Positions 1 to 10,017 of a stretch of 64,000 nucleotides of DNA are shown here, piece by piece. How positions within the stretch are numbered: position 1 is the stretch's first letter; each line of letters begins with the position of its first letter. The translations under genes were made by a program, and so were the position numbers. A model generated the notes under the pieces. It saw nothing but the letters and a program-made list of their open reading frames with translations. It did no database searches and had not been told where the DNA came from. Source of the DNA: Escherichia coli (GTDB taxonomy: Bacteria; Pseudomonadota; Gammaproteobacteria; Enterobacterales; Enterobacteriaceae); the NCBI RefSeq assembly GCF_001677475.2, contig NZ_CP015229.1; one strand, given 5' to 3'.

Positions 1-300
1 CTGAATGAGCTGCTACTGAAACTGGATCGCTACCGGGTGATAGTGGTGGATGATCTTGGCTATGTCAAACGCGATAGTGCCGAAACGGGTGTGCTGTTCG
101 AGTTAATAGCGCATCGCTATGAACGTGGGAGCCTGGTGATAACCAGTAACCATCCGTTCAGCATGTGGGGCAGCATCTTCGTGGATGAGACTATGGCGGT
201 GGCTGCGGCAGACAGGCTGATCCATCACGGATATATGTTCGAACTGAAAGGGGAAAGCTACAGGAAAAAGACAGCGAAGGCAGTAACAAGCGCGACTTGA
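1..300 (+). CDS. istB: IS21-family transposition helper IstB, C-terminal part (gene begins upstream of window)
   Basis: Frame is open from nt 1; C-terminal motif ...DRLIHHGYMFELKGESYRKK typical of IstB AAA+ helper proteins; stop at 298-300. Confidence 0.7.
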   Translation: MNELLLKLDRYRVIVVDDLGYVKRDSAETGVLFELIAHRYERGSLVITSNHPFSMWGSIFVDETMAVAAADRLIHHGYMFELKGESYRKKTAKAVTSAT

Positions 301-366
301 TGTCGCCCTGAAGGGTGCGGCCAGTATAGTTGGCGCGAGTCGGCAAAACTAGTTGACGTCTAATAG
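1..366 (+). mobile_element. IS21-family insertion sequence, 3' portion with right terminal inverted repeat
   Basis: istB 3' end followed by ~45 bp (320-366) that is an imperfect inverted copy of the IS left end at 63429-63480 (GGCCAG.ATA..GGCGC.AG.CGG ... GTCT.ATA). Confidence 0.55.
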
Positions 367-451
367 TTTAAATTTTATCTGGAGCAACACGGCTGGATCG
401 TTGCCCGTAAAGAACAACTGGTGGAACGGTTGATGCGGTTTTAATGCATGC

Positions 452-476
452 AAAACCCCGGATGATCACCGGGGTT
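452..476 (-). terminator. Rho-independent terminator at end of prophage late operon (after tfa)
   Basis: Minus-strand hairpin CCCCGG-7nt-CCGGGG followed by UUUUG, directly downstream of tfa stop. Confidence 0.6.
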
Positions 477-480
477 AATT

Positions 481-1068
481 TTATCGAGCGTGATTGCCGC
501 TAATCGCCATCTCTCTGATTGAGCGTAAATCATCCAGGCTGCTCAGTTCCTCTTTCATCTCCCGCTGACGTTCGTGGATTTTAAAGCCCTCCGCCACCAT
601 GGCCACCATCATGGCATCGTTCAGCGCAATAAGTTTCTCCCTGGTCAGTACGACGTTATTATTATCCGCATCAGTCCAGAAAAATCCCTCCGGAAGCAGT
701 CCGGCCTGTGCTGTTGCAACCACGGGGGCAAGGCGTGACTGCGAGGTTTTTCCGCCATCAAAACGACGGCCATCAAACGTGAAAATAAACTCAACGTTTT
801 CCTGACTGTCGCGCCATGCCTCAATTTCCCGCCTTTTGGCATCCTTTGCCGCTGCAATAAGTTCCGGCGTGACGGTGAACGGGGCGATTTCGCCCCATTT
901 CCCGCTTTGCAGCTCCTGCCAGACATGCTGGCCTGTCGGGGCCATATCATCCTGTATGGCGGTATACAGGACGAACTCCGTTTCACCTTCAAATAACACC
1001 TCGCAGTCAACCGCACCATTTTCAAGATAATGCGCGTTTCTGATGCCTTTCACCGCTCTGATTTTCAT
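481..1068 (-). CDS. tfa: Tail fiber assembly protein (lambda Tfa-like)
   Basis: 195-aa ORF downstream of tail fiber gene; size, position and sequence character match the Tfa chaperone family. Confidence 0.8.
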   Translation of the reverse strand: MKIRAVKGIRNAHYLENGAVDCEVLFEGETEFVLYTAIQDDMAPTGQHVWQELQSGKWGEIAPFTVTPELIAAAKDAKRREIEAWRDSQENVEFIFTFDGRRFDGGKTSQSRLAPVVATAQAGLLPEGFFWTDADNNNVVLTREKLIALNDAMMVAMVAEGFKIHERQREMKEELSSLDDLRSIREMAISGNHAR

Positions 1069-1082
1069 GTCTTATTTCCTTA

Positions 1083-3179
1083 TTACTCAATGCGTACAAA
1101 AAGACCGATATAGCCACGCGTTGTATCGTGACTAATGCGGGTCCCCGAAAGCGCCGTGTAACGACCGGGGAAGTTGTATTCACCAGCACCGCCAATCACA
1201 ACCTGCGGTGAGGATGCGTATGTCCCTGTATCGCTAACCCGTGCACTCATAGCCAGAGGGCCAAGACGGGAACCCGGCACAATATCACCGAGCCCCAGAG
1301 ACGCATCTGCACCAAAACTCTCCCCCTGATATGCCGCCATAATCGGCACACCAACGGCCGGGTATTTATAATATGAGCCTGAGCCCGCCATCCTGGACAG
1401 CAGGTACGCCAGTGAATCTCCGTCGTATACAACTACCCGCGATGACATGTTCCAGCTGTTATCGCTGTCGTTGTACCGGTACTGCATATAGTGAATACAG
1501 TGTTCACCCTGATAATACTGGTTGTAGCACATCAGGGTTTTAAATTTGCGGACTGTGTCGGATTCACTGTTGGCGTACGGTGACCACATCACATCAATAA
1601 TGCCGTTAAATTGCGTGGTACCGGTAAGCAGTTGCGAGGAGTCTGTAATACTGACCGCATACCGCCCCGGCGTGACTTTCTTCAACCACTCAACGAAATC
1701 AGACAGCCCCTCAAACGCCAGAGCGTCAGTGCTGGTGAATGCCTGTCCAAACCCATACATCCCGGACAGGGCCAGCCTGCCCGGTGTGCGGTCACGGATA
1801 TCACTCTGGGGTTCCATCGTCGCAGCCGCGTTCAGCTCAAGCTCCGTGCGCATGGCTTCAGCCGTGTCATGCGCCAGTAATGCGCGGCCCTTCTCTGACA
1901 GCAGAGACAGTGAGGCATTCCCGTCTGTATTGAAGTACAGAAGATTATCTGCCCGTTGCGTCAGTGCGCTGATTGCCGTTAAGACGTCATTAAGCGGTTG
2001 TTTGCCTGCCAGCGCGTTTGTGATTGTCGTCGCAAAGTTCGGGTCATTGCCCAGCGCCGCTGCCAGCTCGTTCAGGGTGTCCAGAACTTCCGGCGATGAG
2101 CCAACCAGCGCAGCAAGCAGTTTGCGCACAAACGCTGCGTTCGCTGCTTCCAGACCGGCGGCATCATCCGGTGGGGTTGGGGTGGTTGGGGTGCCGGTGA
2201 AGGCCGGACTGTCCAGTGGCGCTTTTGTTTTCGCCTCGTCCATGACGTCTTTGACAGCCTTTGGCGTGGCAGCCAGTTCCTCGCTGTCGTTGTCCGTATC
2301 ACTACAGAGTTGCACCAGACCTTTTTCTGTCGTGGAGGCATTTGTTGCATTCAGGTCATCAACTATCTGCTGCGCCTCATCCCTGTACTGTTTCGCTTCC
2401 TGCGCATTGTCTGCACCTGCATCCTGGCTGGCTTTAGCCTGTCGGGCGTATTCGGCGGCACTGTTTTTGTGCCCCAGCGCCGCATTTGCCGACAGTTCTG
2501 AACTGGTCGCTGCTGATGATGCGGCATTATGATAAAGGCGGGCGCGTTCGGCGGCATCGACTGATTCGTCCCGCGCTGTGCCTGATGACTGTGCGCTGTT
2601 TTCTGCCTCACCCGCAAAACGTTCCGCATCATCACGGGCCGTTGCGGTTGTCGTCACATCCTGTGCCGTCTGCTGTGCGTTTCCGGCTGCAGCTTCGGCG
2701 CTCTGCTGTGTCTGATTTTTTAGCTCTTCTGCCTCATCCTTACTAACCGCCGCAGATGTTGCTGCATTGATTGCATCATCAGCAGCTGTTTCTGCTCTCT
2801 CCCTGTCACTGACCACCTGCTCAGACAAGCGAACAACGGTATTTACCATTTCCTCAAAACGCTTCATTACCTCAGGGCGTAAATCACCCTCCTTTGGTGC
2901 ATCCAGAAAAGCATTCAGCGTATCCGGCTCATCTGTCGGTGCAACATAAATTTCCCCCGCCTTTACAGGAGGATGCCCTGAGCGGGACAAAAATACATCA
3001 TAAAATCCCGGCTCAGCATTAATAGTATACCCGCCATCACTTCCCGTAAGACAGGTTGCCACAATATTAACCACAACTGTCGGACTGGTTCTTCTGGCTC
3101 GCAATTCAATCGCACAGTTTACGACAGGCTCACCCGCTCCGTCCTTCAGGACACCTGAAATCTTTACTGCCATATTCAC
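1083..3179 (-). CDS. stf: Side tail fiber protein (Stf-like)
   Basis: 698-aa ORF between lom and tfa; Ala/Gln-rich coiled shaft and C-terminal receptor-binding region. Confidence 0.8.
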   Translation of the reverse strand: MNMAVKISGVLKDGAGEPVVNCAIELRARRTSPTVVVNIVATCLTGSDGGYTINAEPGFYDVFLSRSGHPPVKAGEIYVAPTDEPDTLNAFLDAPKEGDLRPEVMKRFEEMVNTVVRLSEQVVSDRERAETAADDAINAATSAAVSKDEAEELKNQTQQSAEAAAGNAQQTAQDVTTTATARDDAERFAGEAENSAQSSGTARDESVDAAERARLYHNAASSAATSSELSANAALGHKNSAAEYARQAKASQDAGADNAQEAKQYRDEAQQIVDDLNATNASTTEKGLVQLCSDTDNDSEELAATPKAVKDVMDEAKTKAPLDSPAFTGTPTTPTPPDDAAGLEAANAAFVRKLLAALVGSSPEVLDTLNELAAALGNDPNFATTITNALAGKQPLNDVLTAISALTQRADNLLYFNTDGNASLSLLSEKGRALLAHDTAEAMRTELELNAAATMEPQSDIRDRTPGRLALSGMYGFGQAFTSTDALAFEGLSDFVEWLKKVTPGRYAVSITDSSQLLTGTTQFNGIIDVMWSPYANSESDTVRKFKTLMCYNQYYQGEHCIHYMQYRYNDSDNSWNMSSRVVVYDGDSLAYLLSRMAGSGSYYKYPAVGVPIMAAYQGESFGADASLGLGDIVPGSRLGPLAMSARVSDTGTYASSPQVVIGGAGEYNFPGRYTALSGTRISHDTTRGYIGLFVRIE

Positions 3180-3238
3180 CCCACAAAAAAGCCCGCCTGA
3201 ACCCGGCGGGCTGTCATAACACTGTGTTACCTGGCTAA

Positions 3239-3838
3239 TCAGAACTTATAACCGACACCCACGATGAAACCGTCAGTGCGCCAGTCGCCACTGCCGGAGC
3301 CTTCATAAGCAATATCAATAGCCACGGATTCGGTCGGGTTAAACTGCACGCCAGCTCCCCACGCCAGAGACGTGTTGCTGTGGCGACCGTCATCACTTCC
3401 GGTCAGCACATCGTGCGTTTTCCCCTTATTGTCAGTTACGCGGAGATAATCCCCGGAGAAAGTCGACACACGGCTGTAAGCCACACCCGCCATCGCATAC
3501 GCGCTGAACCATTCATTCACGCGCACAGACGGCCCCGCCATTACGCTGAACCAGCGGTTACGAACGGAATCTTCATGCCAGCGGGTATCGCTGTAACGGG
3601 TCAGCTGGCGATTCTTGTCTCCTGCATAGCTGAATGACGTCACCATACCCAGTGTGTCCGTAAACTCATAACGGTATTTCACGTTAATCCCGTTCAGATC
3701 ATCGCTGCCGGGAACGTTCGTCGAGACATGAAGATACCCCGCGCTCAGCGTGGACTGATGTTCAGACGCCCATGCAGGCGCACCGGATAAGGCCAGACAA
3801 ATGGCTGCGGACAAAATGGCGGCATAAAGTTTACGCAT
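3239..3838 (-). CDS. lom: Outer membrane beta-barrel protein Lom (Ail/Lom family)
   Basis: 199 aa, signal peptide (AAICLALSGAPAWA), C-terminal ...GYKF, located right after J as in lambda. Confidence 0.85.
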   Translation of the reverse strand: MRKLYAAILSAAICLALSGAPAWASEHQSTLSAGYLHVSTNVPGSDDLNGINVKYRYEFTDTLGMVTSFSYAGDKNRQLTRYSDTRWHEDSVRNRWFSVMAGPSVRVNEWFSAYAMAGVAYSRVSTFSGDYLRVTDNKGKTHDVLTGSDDGRHSNTSLAWGAGVQFNPTESVAIDIAYEGSGSGDWRTDGFIVGVGYKF

Positions 3839-3904
3839 AATTACCTCTCGCTTTTCTGCAATAAAAAAGGCGTCATTTCTGACGCCCGTTATGGGTTATA
3901 AAAT

Positions 3905-6900
3905 TCAGCTGATACTGATACCTGCTGTGGATTTCTTCATCACCACAACCAGCAGATCGCTGATACTGGTTGTTGGTGTCCAGTTATTCGCTCCTGATGA
4001 AGATACGGTGAATGTCAGTGTCAGCGCCCCCTGTCCGGCAGGCATATCTATAACTGAGGAAAATACGCCCTGAGCATCCGTCGTGGACTGATTAAAAATC
4101 TCCTGACCATTGCGGGTCACTCTTAACCGGCAGGTTGAATACCAGTATGACTGTTGGTTATTACTGTTGAAATTCTCATGCTTACCACCACGGAACAACA
4201 CTGGCGGTATCATGACCTGCCGGTCAAATTTCTGATCATCACTGATTCTTACCGTGATGGTGCCACTGGCATAACTGTTCGTGCGGGGGAAAGACTTGCT
4301 GACCGTTTTGACAATATCGCCTTCAATCTGGTTGGCTGACAGTTTCCCCTTAATCTGACAGTTCTCATTTATCGTGACGTTGTTGAGCGTCCCGGAGTTC
4401 GCATTCACGTTACCGCTGATATCGGCATTTTTAGCGGTCAGCTTTCCGTCCGGTGTCAGGGAAAATGCAGGAGGATTACCGCCGCTGGTAATGGTGGGAG
4501 CCGTCAGATATTTCAGGAACACTTCATTCATGAATATCTGATCACCCTGACCAACAAACATCGGTTTTGTGTTGCCATTTGCAGGATTAATCATCGCAAT
4601 CCTGTCTGCCGCCAGCAGCACCTGACTCTGCATGCCGTCGGGGGTGTTCTCAATACCGGCACCGATACCCGCAATATAAAGGCGACCATCCTGCATCTGC
4701 TGCAGTTTCACGGCCCACATACTGTTCAGGTTATTACTGGTGTCCGTCTGAACCTTTTGTATCTGCTGGATGGTGGCCTCCTGATCTCCCAGCTTCTGGT
4801 CCGTTGTCGTCATGATTTCACTGCTTTTTTGATCCACATACTGGCGAACCTGCGCTATCTGGCGTGCATTCTCCTCATTACTCTGACTGACCGTCTGCGT
4901 GAGTTCGCTGCTGACGTTATCCACTCTCTGGCTCACCTGTGATATACCCAGTGACAGCTCATCATTTTTTTTCGCAACCAGCTGCGTGAGGCTGTTTTCT
5001 GTCTCCCCGATTTTTTGGGTCACTTCAGCAATATCACTCTCTATCTGCTGATTGATCTCATCCTCCAGTTGCTCAACTTCACTGCGCAATGCCGAGGCAT
5101 TAATACGATCGTTCAGCTCCTGCCCCAGCAGGGTGCTGTTTATTTTCCCTTCAAAAAAATGGAGATATTTCTCAGCATCGTTACCCGGCTGGCCAACAGC
5201 CTCCACAAATGCCGATTTGCCGACGGTATTCACACTGCGAACGTAAAAATAATAATTATTGCCCGGCTCAATATCCGGTCCGGAGGCTATCCAGTACAGC
5301 GCCGTACCAAGATAGCGGGCTGTGGTTTCAACCTGCCTGATATCGATAATCCGCTTTTCCGATAACCAGAACTCAAACTGTACCGTCGGGTCATATACAG
5401 CCAGTTTCGGGACCGCCGTTATCTGAAAATACCCCGGTATCAGTTCAATAGTGACAGGCGCTACCGGTGCCGCAATCCGGAACGATACCGACGCCGGATC
5501 ACCCTGCTGCCCCCGGGCATTTACCGCCCGGACCGTCAGCATATAACGCCCCAGCGCCAGTTGTCTGAAGCGGTATGTGGTTTCCGTCGTCCGGGCTGTG
5601 CTGACCAGCCGCTCACTGCCGTCGTCCGCTGCCACGGTCAGGCGAAGCATGAAGCTCACGCCCTTCACCACCTTCGGCGTGTCCCAGCGGGCCAGTACCT
5701 GATACTCCCCGCTGTCTGCGGTGACTTCGGCGGTAAGGTGCTGCACCGCTGGCGGCGTGACACCATTCACCGTGCCGCTCTGGTCGCCGTCAAAGTGCGC
5801 CCCGTTATCCACGATGGCTTCTTTTTCCGGTACATGCTGCACGGCAGTGATGGCATACGTGCCGTCGTCGTTCTCACGGATACTCACGCAGCGGAACAGG
5901 CGCTGGCGCAGCGTCGGCAGCTTCAGCCCCCACACGCTGTATTCTGCAACGCCGTCAGGAACACGGCTCACTTTCACCTTCATGCCGTCGGTGACGGACT
6001 GAACCTCCACGCTGACCGGATTGCCATTTCCGTCAACCAGGCTTATCAGAGTGGTGCCGGAGGATGGCAGCGTGATTTCACGGTCGAGCGTCAGCGTCCG
6101 GGTCTGGCTGTTCACCGCCAGCACGCGACCACCGATGCTGATACCCGCATAGTCATCATCGCAGATTTCAATGATATCGCCCGGCACATGGCGAAGCCCT
6201 TCGGCACCCACGCTGAAGTCCACGGTCTGCGTTTCCAGCAGTTCCGTTTTAATCAGCCACAGCCCGGCGCGGTGCGCCTGCCCCCGGCTGGTACAGCCAA
6301 AGGCATCCATCTTCGTGACGTTACGACCGTAACGGGCAATGGCCTGCGTGTCCTCCACAAGCTCTGTTGCCGTCTCCCAGCCGTTGTCCGGGTCAATCCA
6401 GTTCACCTCAACGGCATTATGGCGGTCCTTCAGGGCGCTGAAGCTGTAGCGGAACGGCGCGCCGTCATCCGGCATCACCACATTACTGCGGTTATAGGTC
6501 CACACCTTATCCGACGGCCGGTCCTGCACGAACGTCAGCGTCTGCCCGTTCCATACCGGCATACAGCGCATCGCCGAGCAGAAATCACTGAGCACATCCC
6601 ACGCCTTACGCTGTGTTGTCAGGTAAGCATTACAGGTGATGCGCGGCTCCGTGCCGCCAAAGCCGTCCGGCACTGACTGGTCGCAGTACTGGCCGATGAC
6701 ATACAGCGCCCATTTATCCACATCCGCCGCACCAAGACGTTTCCCCATGCCGTAGCGCGGATGGGTCAGCATATCCCACAGACACCAGGCCATGTTGTTG
6801 CTGTATGCCGGTTTAAACGTTCCGTCCCAGATACTGCTGTATTGCCGCGTCTGCGGGTTATAGTTCGACGGCACCTGCAGAATGCGCCCGCGAAGATGAT

Positions 6901-7606
6901 AATTACGACTCACCTGCTGGCTGCCGAACTGCTCCGAGTCCACCTGTACACCGACCAGTGCCGTGTTCGGGTAGCCCTGTTTCACATCGATGATTTCGGT
7001 GTATGACGACCAGAGCGTTTTGTTCTGCAGCTGGTCTGTAGTGCTGTCCGGCGTCATCCTGCGCATCCGGATACTGAACGGGCGCGGCGGCAGGTTACCC
7101 ACCACCACCGAGGCCAGATACTGTGAGGTGGTTTTTCCCTTAATGGTGATGTCTTTTTCCGTCACCCAGCCACCGTTACGTTGTATCTGAACCAGCAGGC
7201 GGACTTCCGACGGATTCCGGTCCCCCTTTGAGGTGGTTTCCACCAGTGCCTGCACACCGAAGGTAAAGCGCAGACGGTCGATGTTTGCAGACGTGATGGT
7301 CCGGGTAATCGGCGTGTCGTACTTCACTTCCGTACCCAGCACCGTCTCGGAGCCGGAGGATTCAAATCCCTCCGGCGGTGTCTGCTCCTGCTCACCTGCA
7401 CGGAACACCACCGTGACACCGGAGATATTGGTATTCCCCTCACTGTCCAGCACCGGCGTACTGTTCAGCAGCACGCTTTTTAATCCATCCACCGGACCTT
7501 CAACCGGCCCTTCGCTGATGGCATCGATCACACTCAGCAACTGCGTGGACTTCAGGTTATCCTTCGCTTCGCGCGGGGTATGCCCCTTACTGCTGCCTTT
7601 ACCCAT
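3905..7606 (-). CDS. J: Host specificity / tail tip central fibre protein J
   Basis: 1233-aa ORF; N-terminus [24 protein letters not shown]... resembles lambda J; follows I. Confidence 0.9.
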   Translation of the reverse strand: MGKGSSKGHTPREAKDNLKSTQLLSVIDAISEGPVEGPVDGLKSVLLNSTPVLDSEGNTNISGVTVVFRAGEQEQTPPEGFESSGSETVLGTEVKYDTPITRTITSANIDRLRFTFGVQALVETTSKGDRNPSEVRLLVQIQRNGGWVTEKDITIKGKTTSQYLASVVVGNLPPRPFSIRMRRMTPDSTTDQLQNKTLWSSYTEIIDVKQGYPNTALVGVQVDSEQFGSQQVSRNYHLRGRILQVPSNYNPQTRQYSSIWDGTFKPAYSNNMAWCLWDMLTHPRYGMGKRLGAADVDKWALYVIGQYCDQSVPDGFGGTEPRITCNAYLTTQRKAWDVLSDFCSAMRCMPVWNGQTLTFVQDRPSDKVWTYNRSNVVMPDDGAPFRYSFSALKDRHNAVEVNWIDPDNGWETATELVEDTQAIARYGRNVTKMDAFGCTSRGQAHRAGLWLIKTELLETQTVDFSVGAEGLRHVPGDIIEICDDDYAGISIGGRVLAVNSQTRTLTLDREITLPSSGTTLISLVDGNGNPVSVEVQSVTDGMKVKVSRVPDGVAEYSVWGLKLPTLRQRLFRCVSIRENDDGTYAITAVQHVPEKEAIVDNGAHFDGDQSGTVNGVTPPAVQHLTAEVTADSGEYQVLARWDTPKVVKGVSFMLRLTVAADDGSERLVSTARTTETTYRFRQLALGRYMLTVRAVNARGQQGDPASVSFRIAAPVAPVTIELIPGYFQITAVPKLAVYDPTVQFEFWLSEKRIIDIRQVETTARYLGTALYWIASGPDIEPGNNYYFYVRSVNTVGKSAFVEAVGQPGNDAEKYLHFFEGKINSTLLGQELNDRINASALRSEVEQLEDEINQQIESDIAEVTQKIGETENSLTQLVAKKNDELSLGISQVSQRVDNVSSELTQTVSQSNEENARQIAQVRQYVDQKSSEIMTTTDQKLGDQEATIQQIQKVQTDTSNNLNSMWAVKLQQMQDGRLYIAGIGAGIENTPDGMQSQVLLAADRIAMINPANGNTKPMFVGQGDQIFMNEVFLKYLTAPTITSGGNPPAFSLTPDGKLTAKNADISGNVNANSGTLNNVTINENCQIKGKLSANQIEGDIVKTVSKSFPRTNSYASGTITVRISDDQKFDRQVMIPPVLFRGGKHENFNSNNQQSYWYSTCRLRVTRNGQEIFNQSTTDAQGVFSSVIDMPAGQGALTLTFTVSSSGANNWTPTTSISDLLVVVMKKSTAGISIS

Positions 7607-7666
7607 TCCTCACGCTCCATAAACGACAAAACCGCCCGCAGGCGGTTTCACATAAAACATTTTGCA

Positions 7667-8338
7667 TCAGCGACCAATCACCACAACCTGACCACCGTCC
7701 CCCTCGTCTGCCGTGCTGATCTCCTGAGAAGCCACCCGCGACCCCACGCGCATTTCACCGTACAGAACAGGCAGAACATTGCCCTGGGCAACCATGTTAT
7801 CCAGTGAGGAGAAATAGGTGTTCTGCTTACCGTTATCCGTTGTCTGTGTACGGGGAGTTCTGGCTTTCGGTGCCAGCATCTGCGCCACACCACCAAGTAC
7901 CATACTGGCACCGAGAGAAAACAGGATACCGGTCATACCACCGGCCCCAATGGCTGCCCCCCATGCTGCAAGGGTGGCTCCGGCAGTAAAGAATGATCCG
8001 GCAATGGCGGCAGCCCCCAGGACAATCTGGAATACGCCACCTGACTTGGCCCCGGCGACTCTGGGAACAATATGAATCACAGCGCCATCAGGCAGAGTCT
8101 CATGTAACTGCGCCGTTAACCCGGACGTGCTGACGTCCCGCCCGGCAATCCGTACCTGATACCAGCCGTCGCTCAGTTTCTGACGAAACGCCGGGATCTG
8201 CATGACCAGCGCCCGGATGGCTTCGGCCCCCGTTTTCACACGAAGGTCGATGCGGCGGCCAAATCGTTGTAAATCCCCGTAAAGGCAGATGCGTGCCATG
8301 CCCGGTGACGCCAGAGGGAGTGTGTGCGTCGCTGCCAT
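7667..8338 (-). CDS. I: Tail assembly protein I
   Basis: 223 aa, lambda I-like sequence with Gly/Ala-rich hydrophobic C-terminal half. Confidence 0.85.
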   Translation of the reverse strand: MAATHTLPLASPGMARICLYGDLQRFGRRIDLRVKTGAEAIRALVMQIPAFRQKLSDGWYQVRIAGRDVSTSGLTAQLHETLPDGAVIHIVPRVAGAKSGGVFQIVLGAAAIAGSFFTAGATLAAWGAAIGAGGMTGILFSLGASMVLGGVAQMLAPKARTPRTQTTDNGKQNTYFSSLDNMVAQGNVLPVLYGEMRVGSRVASQEISTADEGDGGQVVVIGR

Positions 8339-8979
8339 TTGTCGGTATACCTCTCTCGTTTGCTCAGTTGTTCAGGAATATGGTGCAGCAGCTCGCCGTC
8401 GCCGCAGTAAATGGCGGCATGATTCGGCACCGATGAACCAAAACAGCACAGCAGCACATCGCCCGGTTGTGCTGATGACAACGGCACCTGATACAGCCCT
8501 GTGGCCTCCAGATTATCCAGATAGAGATTCTGGCCGTTACGCCACCAGTCATCCCCGCGATGAAAATCCGGCATCTCAATCCCCGCCAGATGGTAAGCAT
8601 CCCGGAACAGCGTGTAACAGTCCGTCACCCCGTACTCAAAGCGTCGCCCGGTAAGATGTGGCACACAGCGGAACTTGTGAATCGCCCCCCGGCAGACCAG
8701 CCACCACGGCAAATCACTCTGCACCTGCAGCCGCCTGTCGGCCTCACTCAGCCAGGGCAGTCCACCGGGGTGGCTGTGGACCAGCGCCACAATCTCACCC
8801 TGCATTTCTGCCCGCAGCCAGTCCTCCGGCGACATCCGGAAATACGCCTCCGGCTCACCGGAGATATTCACGCAGGGAAGATACCTGTCTCCCTCCGGCG
8901 TTCTCACCACGAAGCCGCACGATTCCGCAGGCGAACACCGCCGGGCGTGCGCCAGAATCGCTGATTCAGTCTGTGTCAT
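8236..8979 (-). CDS. K: Tail assembly protein K (MPN/JAMM plus NlpC/P60-like); alternative start at 8835
   Basis: Starts MTQTESAILAHARR..., contains HSHPGG (JAMM-like) motif; overlaps I by ~100 nt. Confidence 0.8.
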   Translation of the reverse strand: MTQTESAILAHARRCSPAESCGFVVRTPEGDRYLPCVNISGEPEAYFRMSPEDWLRAEMQGEIVALVHSHPGGLPWLSEADRRLQVQSDLPWWLVCRGAIHKFRCVPHLTGRRFEYGVTDCYTLFRDAYHLAGIEMPDFHRGDDWWRNGQNLYLDNLEATGLYQVPLSSAQPGDVLLCCFGSSVPNHAAIYCGDGELLHHIPEQLSKRERYTDKWQRRTHSLWRHRAWHASAFTGIYNDLAAASTFV

Positions 8980-8989
8980 AAAATGGGAT

Positions 8990-9688
8990 TTACTGCGAAA
9001 GTTTGTTAATGGAAAGGAAGCCGCCAAAGTTGCCGACGTTATTGCGGTACTTACAACCGCTCAGGCATTTGCTGCATTTATCCTTCGTGATATCGGACGT
9101 TGGCTGGTCATATTCATCCGCGACCGCCGGACCGTGATAACCGCACTCATCGCCGCGATAGGTCCAGGTGCAGGTGTTGGCCAGCATGATACGTCCCGGA
9201 AAAACAGCGCCGTCCGTTTCCGTCGGCGTGGACAGTACAAAAGAGGCACTCACCGCGCTCAGTTCGCTGCACTGCTCAATGCGCCAGCGGCTGATCACCT
9301 CCTGCTCCGGATCGGCGTCACTGTTTCCGTTGACGAAGTTCACCGCATCCAGAAAACGGGCGTAAACCTTACGCCGGACCACCGTTCCGCCGACCAGACT
9401 CTGCAGATCTTCCGCCATCCCGGTGACCATACCGTACAGGTTAGAAACCGTCAGCGTGGGGCGCGTACTGGTGCCTTTGCCATTCAGTTCGAAACCACTC
9501 CCCTGAATGGGATACGCCTGATACTGTCGCCCCTGCCAGGTGACCGGCTCACCTTTTTCGTTCTGCTCATTACAGAAAAAATAACGTTCTCCACCAACCT
9601 CTGTCAGATCGATTTCCCAGAGCACCACGCTGGCCGACTGCTCCGCACGGGTGCATTCATTCAGTGTTTCCTGTCGGATATCCTGCAT
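8990..9688 (-). CDS. L: Minor tail protein L
   Basis: 232 aa, lambda L-like incl. C-terminal Cys cluster (CSKCLSGCKYRNN). Confidence 0.85.
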   Translation of the reverse strand: MQDIRQETLNECTRAEQSASVVLWEIDLTEVGGERYFFCNEQNEKGEPVTWQGRQYQAYPIQGSGFELNGKGTSTRPTLTVSNLYGMVTGMAEDLQSLVGGTVVRRKVYARFLDAVNFVNGNSDADPEQEVISRWRIEQCSELSAVSASFVLSTPTETDGAVFPGRIMLANTCTWTYRGDECGYHGPAVADEYDQPTSDITKDKCSKCLSGCKYRNNVGNFGGFLSINKLSQ

Positions 9689-10017
9689 CAGTTCACCACC
9701 TGTTCAAACTCTGCGCTGAACTCAACACGCAACATACTGACCCGCGACGACCATTTTGCGCAGGTCACCTTTATCTGCCGGTAGCCATAAGGCGGCGTCC
9801 ACAGAAAGGATTTCCAGCCCCCGTGCTCAGCCAGAAACGACTCAAGCGCCGTGGCCTCCCAACGGGGAACAGAAAGCGTCACGCTGTACGTTTTCAGGTC
9901 GGCATTCAGCCCGGCAGGCGCTCGCTGGGAATAGCCATCACCAAAGCGCACCTTTCTTACGGAAGGGGCCGAAGCCACATCCATACCGGGTTTCACTTTC
10001 CAGCGGAAGGTTTTCAT
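9688..10017 (-). CDS. M: Minor tail protein M
   Basis: 109 aa, lambda M-like; start overlaps H stop. Confidence 0.85.
   Translation of the reverse strand: MKTFRWKVKPGMDVASAPSVRKVRFGDGYSQRAPAGLNADLKTYSVTLSVPRWEATALESFLAEHGGWKSFLWTPPYGYRQIKVTCAKWSSRVSMLRVEFSAEFEQVVN

Noticed and set aside
5561-6676. 371-aa plus-strand ORF inside J, and similar long antisense ORFs in stf (1546-2532), H (10405-11399), terminase (19861-20433) and O/P (36360-36885)
   Set aside because: Fully embedded antisense in well-supported structural genes; typical GC-rich antisense open frames with Arg/His/Pro-rich low-complexity translations.
8980-9027. 16-codon N-terminal extension of the K ORF (MAASFPLTNFRSKSHF)
   Set aside because: Overlaps the L stop region; conserved K sequence begins at MTQTESAIL.
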